64,000 nt of DNA from an uncultured Fibrobacteria bacterium (GCA_963716395.1 OY970309.1:2496001-2560000), one strand, 5' to 3'. Positions 1-10,203 are shown, numbered from the stretch's first letter. Notes: generated by a model not told the origin, from the letters alone. A program made the numbers and translations.

Positions 1-317
1 CCGAACAGGGTGATGACCGGCGCCTGCGAGGCGACCAGCGGCCGCAGAATGGGATCGTCTTCGGGTTGGCCCTGTGGCCGGCAGGTGCTGCCGAAGGCCG
101 CGATCTTGGCGTGCTTCCAGGTCATAGTGCGGGCGCGGTGGAAGAACTCCAGATCGATGGCGTTGGTGGGATTGGGCCAGCCGCCTTCGATGTAGTCGAC
201 CCCGAAGCCGTCGAGCTTGCGCGCGATGGCCAGTTTGTCCTCCAGCGAGAACGACAGGCCCTTGGCCTGATTGCCGTCGCGCAGCGTGGTGTCGTAGATG
301 AAGATTTGCTTTTCCAT
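1..317 (-). CDS. cimA: Citramalate synthase (DRE-TIM metallolyase family), N-terminal part; runs off the window edge
   Basis: Manual translation from ATG at 317: MEKQIFIYDTTLRDGNQAKGLSFSLEDKLAIARKLDGFGVDYIEGGWPNPTN...AAFGST. DTTLRDG, YIEGGWP and AFGST are typical of the bacterial CimA clade of the LeuA family. Not in the ORF track. Confidence 0.85.
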   Translation of the reverse strand, partial: MEKQIFIYDTTLRDGNQAKGLSFSLEDKLAIARKLDGFGVDYIEGGWPNPTNAIDLEFFHRARTMTWKHAKIAAFGSTCRPQGQPEDDPILRPLVASQAPVITLF

Positions 318-367
318 TTTTCCGCCTTTCACAACCAACGATTCCCGCCCTCAAAATTGGACCCAAC

Positions 368-400
368 AAAAAAGCCCGCTCGGTGGGGAGCGGGCTTTTT
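368..400 (-). terminator. Intrinsic terminator of the cimA leader (attenuator)
   Basis: Minus strand AAAAAGCCCGCTC-CCCACC-GAGCGGGC-TTTTTT: GC stem plus U-tract, about 50 nt upstream of the cimA ATG. Confidence 0.85.
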
Positions 401-419
401 CGGGGTCGACGCAATTCCC

Positions 420-518
420 TTAAAGTCCGCTCCCGCAGGGCGCAATAATTCGAATCAGCCCGCCCAAAGACAGACCGATTCCGTTGCACGCGTTGTGAGA
501 ACGAAGCGTCATAGACAT
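420..518 (-). CDS. Putative Ile-rich attenuator leader peptide (32 aa)
   Basis: MSMTLRSHNACNGIGLSLGGLIRIIAPCGSGL*, with clustered Ile codons (ATT CGA ATT ATT). Its 3' end GGGAGCGGACTT is complementary to the terminator 5' arm. Confidence 0.7.
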   Translation of the reverse strand: MSMTLRSHNACNGIGLSLGGLIRIIAPCGSGL

Positions 519-559
519 TAAGTTAATCATTTCCGGCCGGTGCGGCGCCAGCATTTCGT

Positions 560-1603
560 TCAGGTTTTGATTTCCATCAGCCAGCCGCGGTGATCTTCGC
601 TTTCACCGTATTGCACAGCCTGCAAGGCCTGATACAGGCGGGTCAAGGTGGGACCGGCCCGGTCCTGGTCGCCGAAGGTGAATACGCGATCGCCGTAATG
701 CACCGAACGGATGGGAGTAATCACCGCGGCCGTGCCGCAGGCTCCGACTTCGGAAAACTGATCGAGTCGATCCAGCGCGATGGGTTCGCGCCTTACCTTC
801 AGGCCCATGTCCTGCGCCAGCACTTGCAGGCTGTCATTGGTCACGCTTTGCAGAATCGAATGCGAAGCGGGCGTTTTATATTCGCCCGCGGGCGTGATGC
901 CGAAGAAGTTCGAAGTTCCGAATTCATCGGCGTATTTGTTTTCCTTGGGATCGGAAAACAGCACGATGGGAAAGCCCTTCTTCTTCGCCAGGGCCGTGGG
1001 CAAGAGGCTGGCGGCGTAATTGCCGGCCATCTTGGCACGCCCCGTGCCGTTGGGGGCGCAGCGATCGTAGTCGAGTATCACCAATGCGTCGACGGGGTGG
1101 AAACCGTCTTTGTAATAGGGACCCACGGGCGTGACCAGCACCGCGAAGGTGTAGGTCGACGAAGGCCGCACGCCCACCATGGGTTCGGTGCCGATGAGAA
1201 AGGGGCGGATGTAAAGGCTGGCGCCGGTGCCGTAAGGCGGCACGAAATCGAGATTGCACTCCACGGCCAAGCGGCAGGCCGAGACGAAGATCTCGGCGTC
1301 GGGTGCCTGCATGCACAGCCGTTCGGCCGACAGGCGCATACGCTCGGCGTTGCGGTCGGGACGGAACATGACCACACGGCCGTCGCGCGTGCGGAAGGCT
1401 TTCAGGCCTTCGAAAATCGCCTGGCCGTAATGCAGGCAATTGGCCGCAATGTGCATCGGCAGCACCGGATCGGTTTTAAAAACCGGCGTTCCCCATTTCC
1501 CGTCGGCGAAATCGCATTGCACATGGCCATGGGTAGGCAGGTATTGGAATCCCAGGTTTTTCCAGTCCAAGGTTGTGGTGGCGGTCGGCATGGCTTGAAT
1601 CAT
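560..1603 (-). CDS. ilvE: Branched-chain amino acid aminotransferase
   Basis: LHYGQAIFEGLKA, LYIRPF, PLP lysine motif AKMAGNYAAS, GACGTAAVITPI. Start at 1603 or 1591. Confidence 0.95.
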   Translation of the reverse strand: MIQAMPTATTTLDWKNLGFQYLPTHGHVQCDFADGKWGTPVFKTDPVLPMHIAANCLHYGQAIFEGLKAFRTRDGRVVMFRPDRNAERMRLSAERLCMQAPDAEIFVSACRLAVECNLDFVPPYGTGASLYIRPFLIGTEPMVGVRPSSTYTFAVLVTPVGPYYKDGFHPVDALVILDYDRCAPNGTGRAKMAGNYAASLLPTALAKKKGFPIVLFSDPKENKYADEFGTSNFFGITPAGEYKTPASHSILQSVTNDSLQVLAQDMGLKVRREPIALDRLDQFSEVGACGTAAVITPIRSVHYGDRVFTFGDQDRAGPTLTRLYQALQAVQYGESEDHRGWLMEIKT

Positions 1604-1729
1604 AATACCGGGATTATCTAGCAAAAAGGCTTAGCGTCACCGGGTTCGGGTTCAAGCGCCTCGCGCCCGGCCCGCACCCAGCATGCGGCCGTGGTTTTCG
1701 TGAGACGGGGCGGCGCGGAAGGTGCCGGT

Positions 1730-4471
1730 TCAGGCGTTCATCAAGGCCAGCAATTCGCCGATGAAAGCCGGCTCCTGCGAACGCGGGCGCTGCCGTTTGG
1801 GCCGCGCGGATTTATGGGTAGAGCCGTGGGCCGAACCCGTCATGCCGAGATCGGCCAGCAGCCGGGAGAGAATGCCGTCGGGCTGATATTCGGCGGCGCG
1901 CAGGCGGCCGCGCGCGGCCAGGTCTTTGCGCCGTTCGGGATTTTGCAGCAATTCAATCGCCCACCGGGCCATGTCTTCGGGGCCGTCGGCCAAGAGACCG
2001 CCCTGCTCCTGATCCAGGATGTCGCGCGGCCCCTTGGTGCGGAAGGCTACCGCGGGCAGGCCGCAGCTCAGGGCTTCGAGCAAAGAGCAGGAGAAGGTGT
2101 CGAACCACGAAGGCAGCAGCAGCAAATCTGCGGCCGAATAGGCCTGCGCCAGCTTTTCCGGATCGAGCCAACCCAGGAAAACGGCTTCGGGCAAGGCTGC
2201 TTTGAGTTCGGCTTCACACGGGCCGGTACCGGCCAGGACCAGGCGCGCCTGGGGAACCTTTTCCCGGATAGTCCGGAAGATTTGCGGCAATTCCAGCACC
2301 CCTTTTTCGCCGCTCAAACGCCCGGCGTACAGCAGCACCGGACTGTCTTCGCTCACCTCCGGGAAGATCTGGGATTTGGAAACGGTGCGCGGCTGGAATC
2401 CCGCGTCGGTCCAATGCGCCGTGAGGAACAACTTGTCCGCCGAGAGGCCCATGGCGGGCGAAGCGAAACTTTCGCGCTGTTCGCTGTTGAGCAGAAACAC
2501 GCCGTCGAACAACTGGTAGAAGGCACGCAGAATGCGGCGCAGCCGATCCTGTTTGCGCGTGTCGAACTTGAGCACGCGGCGCGCGAAATCGAGCCAGTCG
2601 GTATGCACGTAGAAATAAGCCGGTACGGCAAAGGCATGTTTGAGATACAGCGCCAGCAGGCCCATGGGGGCTTCGGTGGAGCAGACGATGCGATCGTAGC
2701 CGCCTTCTTCGAAAATCTTCTTCAACTCCAGCACGTCCGGCAGGCGAATGCTTTGGTCGCGGTAGAACGCGGCGGAAAACTCCGAGAGTGGTTTTTGCAC
2801 CAGCAGATGGTTGCCGCCGGAGCCGGGGCCGCAGGTGAGGAAGTCGATGGGCAAATCGCGGCGGCGGATTTCGGCCAACATGGATTGCAGCACATGCGAG
2901 ACGCCGTTTTTGTCGGTCAGGGTGTCGGTGAGCCACAACACGCGCCGTGGGTGTCGGTGTTGCCCCAGGCGTTCCGCCAGTGCGTTGAAATAGGGCCGTT
3001 TGGCGAACAGGACGTTGGACGAAGCGAAGGAGATGCCGCCCAGCACCAGCGATCCCAGCAGCGGAAAGGGGAGTCCGTCGCTCCATTTCCCCAGATCGAG
3101 GCCGTTCAATTCGCCGCCGGGAGCCTTGGCCTCCGAACCGAACAGGGCGCGGAAATGCACGGGCAACTCCACTTTGTTGATGAGTTCGGGAGTGCCGGGC
3201 CGCCGGCCTTCCTCTTCCATCCGGCGTAACTTACCGGTGACCCGTTCGGCTAACAGGGCCGACAGCGCGTGGAACATGGCCGGCAAGGAAGTGCGCAGGG
3301 TGGCCACCAAATGTTCGGCCGAGACGTTGCGCGCGGCGGCGATGGCGTCCATTTCTTCGAGCACGGGTTTATAATGCGGTTTGGTCAAGAGCGAGACCAG
3401 CAGCCCAGGCCGCCGGCCCTGCAGGCATTCGTGGAAAAGCTCCAGGAAGCGCGAGGTGTATTTGTGCCGCCGCAATTCGAACACTCCGTTGGCGATGCCC
3501 AAGGCCAGGAATTTTTCGCCCGCCGAACCGCGGTGCAGCAAGAGTCGGATGAGCCCGGGATCTTTCATGCGCAGGGCCGCTTGGCAGAAGTAATCGAGCA
3601 GCGCGGCCGTGAGCTTGGCCTCTTCGCAGGGCACGCCGTAGGGGGCCATGCGCGCTTCCCGCAAGGCGCGCAGCGCCAGTTCCGAGCGCTTCTCGCGCGC
3701 CGTGCGCCAGCCGGGCGCATGCAGCCGGGTGCCCGTCGCTCCCGCGAACACGCCGATATGGCAATCCGATCCGCCGGTGATGCTTTTGGCATAGGGTCGG
3801 CGGCAAAAGGCGTCGGCCCGCATTCCCGTACGGCGCGCGGCGGCCTCCACGCCCTCTTCGTCGAGGCTTTGCACCCAGGCGATGGTCAGCAGGTTTTGCC
3901 AGGCGTCGCGCTGGCCGTTCAGACCTTCGAAACGCTCGAAGAGGACGGCGAAGCGATCCATCAATTCCAGCGAAGGCAGGCCGCGCGGGCTGTGGAATTG
4001 CAGCGGATGCGCCAGCACAGTGGGCAGGTCTTCGGCCGCGGCGTATTCCAGAAAGCGGTAAATGTCTTTGCGCAGCCGCACCAGTTTGCTTTCCTGCTCG
4101 GGGGTAAAGCCGAAGGTGAGCACGTGCACGCCCACCGCGAAGTCGGGCAAGGTGCAACTGAATTCGGCCGCGGGCAGAACGTCTTCGCCGCGATCCAGCA
4201 AATCCCAGCAACTGCGGGCATTGTTGTGGTTGGTGATGGTGAGGGCGTCGACGCCGTTGCCCCGCAAGGTGTGTACCAGCTTGTCGGTGGGCAGCCAGGT
4301 TTCGGGCGCGCCCAGAATGCGTCCCAAAGTTTCGTCGGGCACGTCGCTGTTGCGGTCATGGCAATGCAGGTCGATTTTAAAGGCGTCGTCGCCCAATATT
4401 TCCGCCTGCCTTTGCATGAACCCATTCAATTCCCGACGCAGGGTGGCGCGGAAGGTGGAAGCTTCAGACAT
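1730..4471 (-). CDS. PHP-domain / GT4 glycosyltransferase fusion
   Basis: N-terminal DLHCH, TITNHN, AHP and GGSDCH (PHP metal ligands). C-terminal NGVS, YAGRLSGEKG and DTFSCSLLEALSCGLP (GT-B, GT4). Confidence 0.85.
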   Translation of the reverse strand: MSEASTFRATLRRELNGFMQRQAEILGDDAFKIDLHCHDRNSDVPDETLGRILGAPETWLPTDKLVHTLRGNGVDALTITNHNNARSCWDLLDRGEDVLPAAEFSCTLPDFAVGVHVLTFGFTPEQESKLVRLRKDIYRFLEYAAAEDLPTVLAHPLQFHSPRGLPSLELMDRFAVLFERFEGLNGQRDAWQNLLTIAWVQSLDEEGVEAAARRTGMRADAFCRRPYAKSITGGSDCHIGVFAGATGTRLHAPGWRTAREKRSELALRALREARMAPYGVPCEEAKLTAALLDYFCQAALRMKDPGLIRLLLHRGSAGEKFLALGIANGVFELRRHKYTSRFLELFHECLQGRRPGLLVSLLTKPHYKPVLEEMDAIAAARNVSAEHLVATLRTSLPAMFHALSALLAERVTGKLRRMEEEGRRPGTPELINKVELPVHFRALFGSEAKAPGGELNGLDLGKWSDGLPFPLLGSLVLGGISFASSNVLFAKRPYFNALAERLGQHRHPRRVLWLTDTLTDKNGVSHVLQSMLAEIRRRDLPIDFLTCGPGSGGNHLLVQKPLSEFSAAFYRDQSIRLPDVLELKKIFEEGGYDRIVCSTEAPMGLLALYLKHAFAVPAYFYVHTDWLDFARRVLKFDTRKQDRLRRILRAFYQLFDGVFLLNSEQRESFASPAMGLSADKLFLTAHWTDAGFQPRTVSKSQIFPEVSEDSPVLLYAGRLSGEKGVLELPQIFRTIREKVPQARLVLAGTGPCEAELKAALPEAVFLGWLDPEKLAQAYSAADLLLLPSWFDTFSCSLLEALSCGLPAVAFRTKGPRDILDQEQGGLLADGPEDMARWAIELLQNPERRKDLAARGRLRAAEYQPDGILSRLLADLGMTGSAHGSTHKSARPKRQRPRSQEPAFIGELLALMNA

Positions 4472-6893
4472 GGGATCTCCTCAGAGGGGAAAGGGTTTCG
4501 GCCGCGGATTTCGGCACGTGGCCATTGCGGGGCGGAGACGATTCTTCCGCCGCGGTGGCCGCGTAAAAGGTCAAGGTTCCCGCATCGCCGGTGAGCGGGA
4601 CGCGGTGGGCGTTGCCTTCCGCGGCTACGGAAGGTCCGGGTTCCAGACCGGCGGCGCGGGGCAGCGAGAAATACAGGGGTGCTTCGTCCTGATGCGCCTT
4701 GCGGCGCAGGTTCCAGGAAAGGGTGGCCGACAACATGCCCTGGCGAAAGGAGTAGTCGACCGTGCCGTGCAAGGTGCGGGCGCCGGTCACTTCGAGGTGC
4801 AGGCCGGGGCGGAACCATTCGGGCGGCGCGGATTCGGCCAATTGTAGCGCGCCGGGCCTTTCGACCACAAGCATGTCGCGCACCAGGTTGAGGAATTCGG
4901 CGGCCGACCAGCCGTGATCGCCGTCGCCCATGCAGCCGCCGAAGAAGCGCGGGTGCATGGCTTCGGGCCAGGTATAGGTGGGCGAGGCGCGACGCAACAG
5001 GGCCGCCAGAATCGCCGACCAGCGCCCATCGCCCAGCGCCATCATGGCGCGCGCCAATTGCGCGGACAGATACGGGTTGAGACCGGTATGCACGATTTTG
5101 TGGAAGAACAGGCCGTCGCGCAAATTATTGGCGGCGAGGTAGTTCACCGTGCCCGGCAACCAGGAAGGATCCGGCGGCAGCACGGCCAGGGGCGAAATGC
5201 CCACGAGGTTGCCGATGGCCGCGGAATCGGGCGCGCGGTAGGGAGAACAGGGCAGGGCGGCGCCGCCGTTTTTCTTCCAGGCCCAATCCATCGAGGCGGC
5301 GATGTCGCCGCGGTAATCCTGCAGCAGATCTTCGACCCAGGCCGTGTCCCGCCCGCGGCCCAACCGGCCCGCGGCCCAACGCAGGGCTTCGAGCCCGGCC
5401 AGGGCCCACAGGTTGTCCCAGTAATAGTGATCGTTGGGGCCGAAATGCTCGGCGGAAAATCCGGGCGGCAACAAGCCGTAATGCGGGGAAGGCACATCAC
5501 GGGTGCGATCGCGCATTTTGGCAATCCACTTGGCGCCTTTGAGCAGGGACGGATACCATTTCTCCAGCCAGGCGGGGTCGCCGCCGCGGCGCACATGCTG
5601 GACCATGGCCCACATGGCTTGGCCGTTGCTGTCCCATTCCCCCTGCTGGCTTTTGAAAAAACCGTCGCCCCCCTGCAGACGTGGGTAACCGGCGAGTTTG
5701 GGCGTGACGCGCCGGTGCCAGCCCAGGTTTTCGAAGGCCAGGGCGATGAAGGAGGCATCGCGAAACCAATGCTTATGGTAGGTAAAGGTTCCGGGTGAAA
5801 AGTGATCACCGTCGTCGAAAACATGCAAATGGCCCTTAACCGCGTAGAAGGCCTCTTCCAGGCGCGCATCCGGAATGCGCAGGCGCAGGCCCGCTTCGCG
5901 GACCTCGCGCAGATGTTCCAGGCGTTCGCTGCGCGCGCCGTCCCACACCGCGGGCGGACGGGCCGAGGGCGCCGCGGGTGACGCGGCCAGAACTCCAAAG
6001 GTATCGTAGGTCTTGGCTTCGCCCGGCCCCAAGGTGAGATCGTATTCGGCCAAGGCGCAAGCGATTCCCGAGCCCGATTTCAGGCTGGTGCGATCGGCGA
6101 TTTGCACGTCGCGCACCAGTGGGTCGCCGTGGTGGCGATCGGAAAGCGTCACCCGGTCGGGTTCTTCGCTCAGCCACAGGCCGGGTTCGTCGTTCACGGT
6201 CCAGAGGCGGTCCTGATAGCGGATGGAATTGATATGTCCGATGGTGAGCGGATTGTAGGGCCGCAGGGTGAGGCCGAAACGCAGCGATAGCGGCGTGCGC
6301 GAACGGTTGGCCAGCAGGTGACGGTAACTCAGAAGTTCCTGCCCGCCCAATGCCAGCGCCAGGGCTTCCGACTTCCATTCCAGATCGGGATGAACGGAAT
6401 AGGCCGTGACTACGCAGGGCAGGTTGCCTTCCAGCAGGCTCTGGTGCACCTGCCCGCGTCGGAACATGCGGGGCGGGAAATAGTTGCGGCCGTCGAACCG
6501 CACATAGGGGAAGACCGACCAACCGTAGGGCCGCAGCGTCAGCATGCCCACCGGATCGACCATGCCTTCCTGGGCGCTGTCCTCCAGGCCTAGGGAGGTC
6601 CAATTGCGGTTGGTGAGGTTGGTTTTGATCAGGTTGATGGCGGTGGGGATGAACTCGTCCCATTCCGGATCGGCTTGGCGTTCCACCCAATGCGGCCACA
6701 CCCAGTCCAGATTGCTCTGGATGGCCATGGCATTGTTCAACCCCGAAAGCACGATGGATAAACCCTGCTCCAGCAATTCCAGCGGAAAAAGGTTGGCCGA
6801 CGGACGTCCCAAATGGGTCAATCCGTGCAGAAAGGGGCTGAGGTGGCGTTTTCCCGTCCACTTGAGATAGGTGTGGAGCAGTTGTTCTAGCAT
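4464..6893 (-). CDS. Six-hairpin glycosidase-like protein (GH15/GH65-like fold)
   Basis: YHKHWFRDASF, GEWDSNGQ, GLLPPGFSAEH, YWDNLWALAGL and GDGDHGWSAAEF resemble (alpha/alpha)6 glycosidases. Stop overlaps the start of the GT4 gene. Confidence 0.7.
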   Translation of the reverse strand: MLEQLLHTYLKWTGKRHLSPFLHGLTHLGRPSANLFPLELLEQGLSIVLSGLNNAMAIQSNLDWVWPHWVERQADPEWDEFIPTAINLIKTNLTNRNWTSLGLEDSAQEGMVDPVGMLTLRPYGWSVFPYVRFDGRNYFPPRMFRRGQVHQSLLEGNLPCVVTAYSVHPDLEWKSEALALALGGQELLSYRHLLANRSRTPLSLRFGLTLRPYNPLTIGHINSIRYQDRLWTVNDEPGLWLSEEPDRVTLSDRHHGDPLVRDVQIADRTSLKSGSGIACALAEYDLTLGPGEAKTYDTFGVLAASPAAPSARPPAVWDGARSERLEHLREVREAGLRLRIPDARLEEAFYAVKGHLHVFDDGDHFSPGTFTYHKHWFRDASFIALAFENLGWHRRVTPKLAGYPRLQGGDGFFKSQQGEWDSNGQAMWAMVQHVRRGGDPAWLEKWYPSLLKGAKWIAKMRDRTRDVPSPHYGLLPPGFSAEHFGPNDHYYWDNLWALAGLEALRWAAGRLGRGRDTAWVEDLLQDYRGDIAASMDWAWKKNGGAALPCSPYRAPDSAAIGNLVGISPLAVLPPDPSWLPGTVNYLAANNLRDGLFFHKIVHTGLNPYLSAQLARAMMALGDGRWSAILAALLRRASPTYTWPEAMHPRFFGGCMGDGDHGWSAAEFLNLVRDMLVVERPGALQLAESAPPEWFRPGLHLEVTGARTLHGTVDYSFRQGMLSATLSWNLRRKAHQDEAPLYFSLPRAAGLEPGPSVAAEGNAHRVPLTGDAGTLTFYAATAAEESSPPRNGHVPKSAAETLSPLRRSHV

Positions 6894-7117
6894 GCTGTTG
6901 CCGCCTCGGAGGGACTTGCGGATAACATTTTTCAACAGATTATAAACGCATCCGGGTAGAAATAGAACGCCGAACGGACGAAGAAACGGAACTGAAATGC
7001 AACTGTGACTTTGTAGATACGGAAATAGAGATGTTACGATGGATCCTGCAAGCTACGGCTGCGGTTATCCACGGTCTGTGCGGAGAAAGTTGAAAACACC
7101 GAGATGATGCGCGGCGT

Positions 7118-8557
7118 TCAGGTGAATTTGAGCCGCCGCGCCGCGTACGCGACCATGCGCAACAGCCTCCACCCGTCGCGGAAGCGTGCGATGTTGGGCG
7201 CGCCGTAGCGGCGAGAAAGATAGCGCACGGGAATGTCGACCATTTTCAGATTGAGCTTGGCGGCCCCGAACAGCAAATCGAAATCGCCAAAGGGGTCGAA
7301 GTCTCCGAAATAGGCGCGGCCGCGCGCGATGCGCTCGTAATCGGAGCGCCACAGTGCCTTGGTGCCGCATAAAGTGTCTTTCACCGCCTGTCCCAGCAAA
7401 GAAGAGAAGGCCAGGCTGAAAAATTTGTTGGCCAGAAAATTGAGCGGGCGCATGGCGTTTTTTTCCACGGGATAGACAAGGCGCACGCCGTTGGCGAATT
7501 CGGCGGCGCCGCTTTGCAGCGCCTCACGGAAGCGTGGCAGCATTTCCGCGGCCACGGTCAGATCCCCGTCGAGAATGACGAGCAGATCGCCCCGTGCCGC
7601 GGCGAATCCCGCGCGCACCGCATCGGCTTTGCCGCAGCCCGGTTGCCGCAACAGCCGGCCGGGGAAGCCGGGGCGGGCCGCCAGGCCTTCGACCACGGCC
7701 GCATAGGTGCGGTCGCGCGACGCGCCTTCGACGAAGAGGACTTCGTCGCCGGGGTCGAGATGCTGCAAAGATTCGAACAGGCCGGTCACATGGCCCTCTT
7801 CGTTGCGCACCGGCACGATGACGCTGAGCGTCGCCCGTTCCCGGGGCCGGGGCTGGGACCGGGCGGCCACGAAATTCGTCAACGCCAAGGCATTGCCGGG
7901 TGGAATTTTGGCCAGCCAACGATTGAGCCCGGGCTCCAGTAGGGGAAGGGGAAAGGGGCAGAGTATTTCCGTCCAGCGGCGCAGCGGCTCCCATTGCGAC
8001 AGCCGGAGAAAATGATTCAGGTCCTGGGCCGTAATCCAGTTCTGGGGCGCACGCCGCCGGGCCCAACCCAGGCGTTGGGCCAGCCAGAGCGGTGGTTCCC
8101 ACACGCGGCTGTAGAAATTCGCAAACAGCCGTCCGCGCGGCGTGGCCACGCGTCGCGCTTCGGCAAGCACGGCCTGCACGTCCCATAGATCGCCTACCAA
8201 ATCGGAAAGCGCGACGGCGGCGACGCAGCCGTCGCGAAACGGCAGGGCCTGCGCATCGGCCACCACGATATGTAGTTCAGGATACCGCGCTTTCGCGCTC
8301 CGGGCGGCGGCAAAAGAAAAATCGACGCCCAGGCCGAATCCGGGCCGCAGCGAGGCCAGCAGGGCACCGTCGCCGCACCCCAGTTCGAGCACGCGTTCAC
8401 CGGCGGGTATGAGAAAGCGGTAAACCTCGGCGAGACGGCGATGGTAGGTCCGGCCCGCCCAGGCTTTTCCGCGGCGGCGGTAATTGCTTTCCCAAATCGC
8501 GCGCACCAGGCGACGGTGTTCGGCTTCGGCGGCTTGATAGGCGCTGACGACACTCAT
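7118..8557 (-). CDS. Class I SAM methyltransferase / GT2 (polyprenol-phosphate glycosyltransferase-like) fusion
   Basis: VLELGCGDG SAM motif, then SVIVPVRNEEG, ILDGDL, DTLCGTKA and DPFGDFDLLFGAAK. Confidence 0.85.
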   Translation of the reverse strand: MSVVSAYQAAEAEHRRLVRAIWESNYRRRGKAWAGRTYHRRLAEVYRFLIPAGERVLELGCGDGALLASLRPGFGLGVDFSFAAARSAKARYPELHIVVADAQALPFRDGCVAAVALSDLVGDLWDVQAVLAEARRVATPRGRLFANFYSRVWEPPLWLAQRLGWARRRAPQNWITAQDLNHFLRLSQWEPLRRWTEILCPFPLPLLEPGLNRWLAKIPPGNALALTNFVAARSQPRPRERATLSVIVPVRNEEGHVTGLFESLQHLDPGDEVLFVEGASRDRTYAAVVEGLAARPGFPGRLLRQPGCGKADAVRAGFAAARGDLLVILDGDLTVAAEMLPRFREALQSGAAEFANGVRLVYPVEKNAMRPLNFLANKFFSLAFSSLLGQAVKDTLCGTKALWRSDYERIARGRAYFGDFDPFGDFDLLFGAAKLNLKMVDIPVRYLSRRYGAPNIARFRDGWRLLRMVAYAARRLKFT

Positions 8558-10203
8558 GGCCCCTTCCCTTCGGCCAAGGAGTCCGCCGGGGAAAGCCGCA
8601 GGTCGAATAGCGCAAAGCGATGCGGCAGGTTTCTCGCACGGTAACGCGCGATGAATTCGGGATCGAAGGCGTCGGCCAGAATCATGCCCGGGGACAATTC
8701 GGCCGTGAAGACCTCGACCGGCCGCACGTGCGACGCCAGGGAATCGAGGCGGGGGGCGCGGCTCCACTTGGGAAAACGGCAAGTAGCATCCCAGATGAAC
8801 CAGTCGCCCCGGCGCGCGGATCGGTCGATGCGTCGACCCAACTCATACCGCAAAATGCCGTGGGCATAACCGCCAGTCAAAAACGTGTCAGCGATCACGC
8901 CTCCCCGGGCGTCCTGATCGGCGGCCAGATGAGCCGCGGCGGTTTTCCAGGGCGAAACGGCCCGCATCAGGGCGAACAGTCGCGGGGATTGCACGGCGAA
9001 CAGGGCGATCAAAACGAAACCGGCCACGACGGTAACGCGCTTGTAACCTAAGGTACGCTCCAGTCGCAAGCAGGCCAGGCCTGCGCCTTCGGCGGCGCCC
9101 ACACACAAGGCCGGCAAGGCCGGCGCGAAACTGCGCGGCGCCGGGTAGCCGAACCAAGTCCAAAGCGCCGCGGGCACCAGGATGAAAAGCAGCCAGACGC
9201 GTGCGATCGCGTCGCCCCGCAGCGTCCGCCAGCCAAGATGCAGGCAGCCCGCCATCAGCACGGAGGCAAACAGGGGATGCTCTTGGCGGAACAGGAAGAT
9301 GGGTAAAAACGCCGGGGATAAGGCCCGTTGCGGACCGCCATGCCACAAAAAAATCTGGTTATACAATTGCGTGAAATACGTTTCCAATTGAAAAGCGATG
9401 GCGGCGCCGGCCTTCGCCTGATGGCGGAAGGCCCAGAGCAGGCCGTATTTCCAAGCCCAACTTAAAGCCTCGAATCCCAGGACCGGCAGTGCCATCCAGA
9501 ACGCGGCGCGGGTTAGCGATCGTACCCGACCGGTCACGGTCGAAACCTCTTTCCAGGTTTCCCCGGCCAACAGGCACCCGACCAGGGACGGCAGCCAGAA
9601 GAGGTTGTAATGCGAGGTGAAGGCTATTCCGGCGGCCAGGCAAAGCGCCGCGCGTTGTCGGGCGGAGCGCGGCGCTGCGCTCCGCCGGGGTAAAAGCCAG
9701 AGGACGACGCACACGGTCAGCATGCTTACGGCCTCGGTCAAGGCGCAGCGCGAATATTGCACGTGCCACAGCGAAATCCCGAGCAAGGCGGCGGCGAAAA
9801 GTCCGCTCCATTTTTCCCCGGCGACCGGAATCCGGAGCATCAGCGCTACCGATGCCAGGCCCGCCACGGCGGAGATGCCTTGCGCCACGGCCACCGAATC
9901 ACCGAACAAAAATGCCCCGACGACGAGCAGGCTTTCATGCAGCGGCCGGGCATGCAGCCACGGGCTGCCGCCAGCCTGCCACAAGGCGTGGGCATCGGCC
10001 AGCAGGGCATGCGCATCGATCCGCCCATGCAGCAATTGCTCCAGCAGGGCGCGCAGTAGGCCGCCGAAGTAGCGGCCGTTGCCGACGAACATAGCTTCGT
10101 CGAAGTAGTAGAGTCCGCGTTGGGGCAGGTTCCAGAAGCGAATCAACGCCGAGAGGGCGATGACCATGCCACCCAGGCCGCGCCACCCGGCGCGGGGGTT
10201 CAT
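8554..10203 (-). CDS. GT-C fold membrane glycosyltransferase (ArnT/PMT_2-like)
   Basis: TM1 followed by YYFDEA loop, HARPLH, YSRCALTE and many TM helices. ATGA overlaps with both neighbours. Confidence 0.75.
   Translation of the reverse strand: MNPRAGWRGLGGMVIALSALIRFWNLPQRGLYYFDEAMFVGNGRYFGGLLRALLEQLLHGRIDAHALLADAHALWQAGGSPWLHARPLHESLLVVGAFLFGDSVAVAQGISAVAGLASVALMLRIPVAGEKWSGLFAAALLGISLWHVQYSRCALTEAVSMLTVCVVLWLLPRRSAAPRSARQRAALCLAAGIAFTSHYNLFWLPSLVGCLLAGETWKEVSTVTGRVRSLTRAAFWMALPVLGFEALSWAWKYGLLWAFRHQAKAGAAIAFQLETYFTQLYNQIFLWHGGPQRALSPAFLPIFLFRQEHPLFASVLMAGCLHLGWRTLRGDAIARVWLLFILVPAALWTWFGYPAPRSFAPALPALCVGAAEGAGLACLRLERTLGYKRVTVVAGFVLIALFAVQSPRLFALMRAVSPWKTAAAHLAADQDARGGVIADTFLTGGYAHGILRYELGRRIDRSARRGDWFIWDATCRFPKWSRAPRLDSLASHVRPVEVFTAELSPGMILADAFDPEFIARYRARNLPHRFALFDLRLSPADSLAEGKGP

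Noticed and set aside
66-521. 151-aa plus-strand ORF
   Set aside because: Antisense shadow of cimA and its leader, running through the terminator, with no recognisable motifs.
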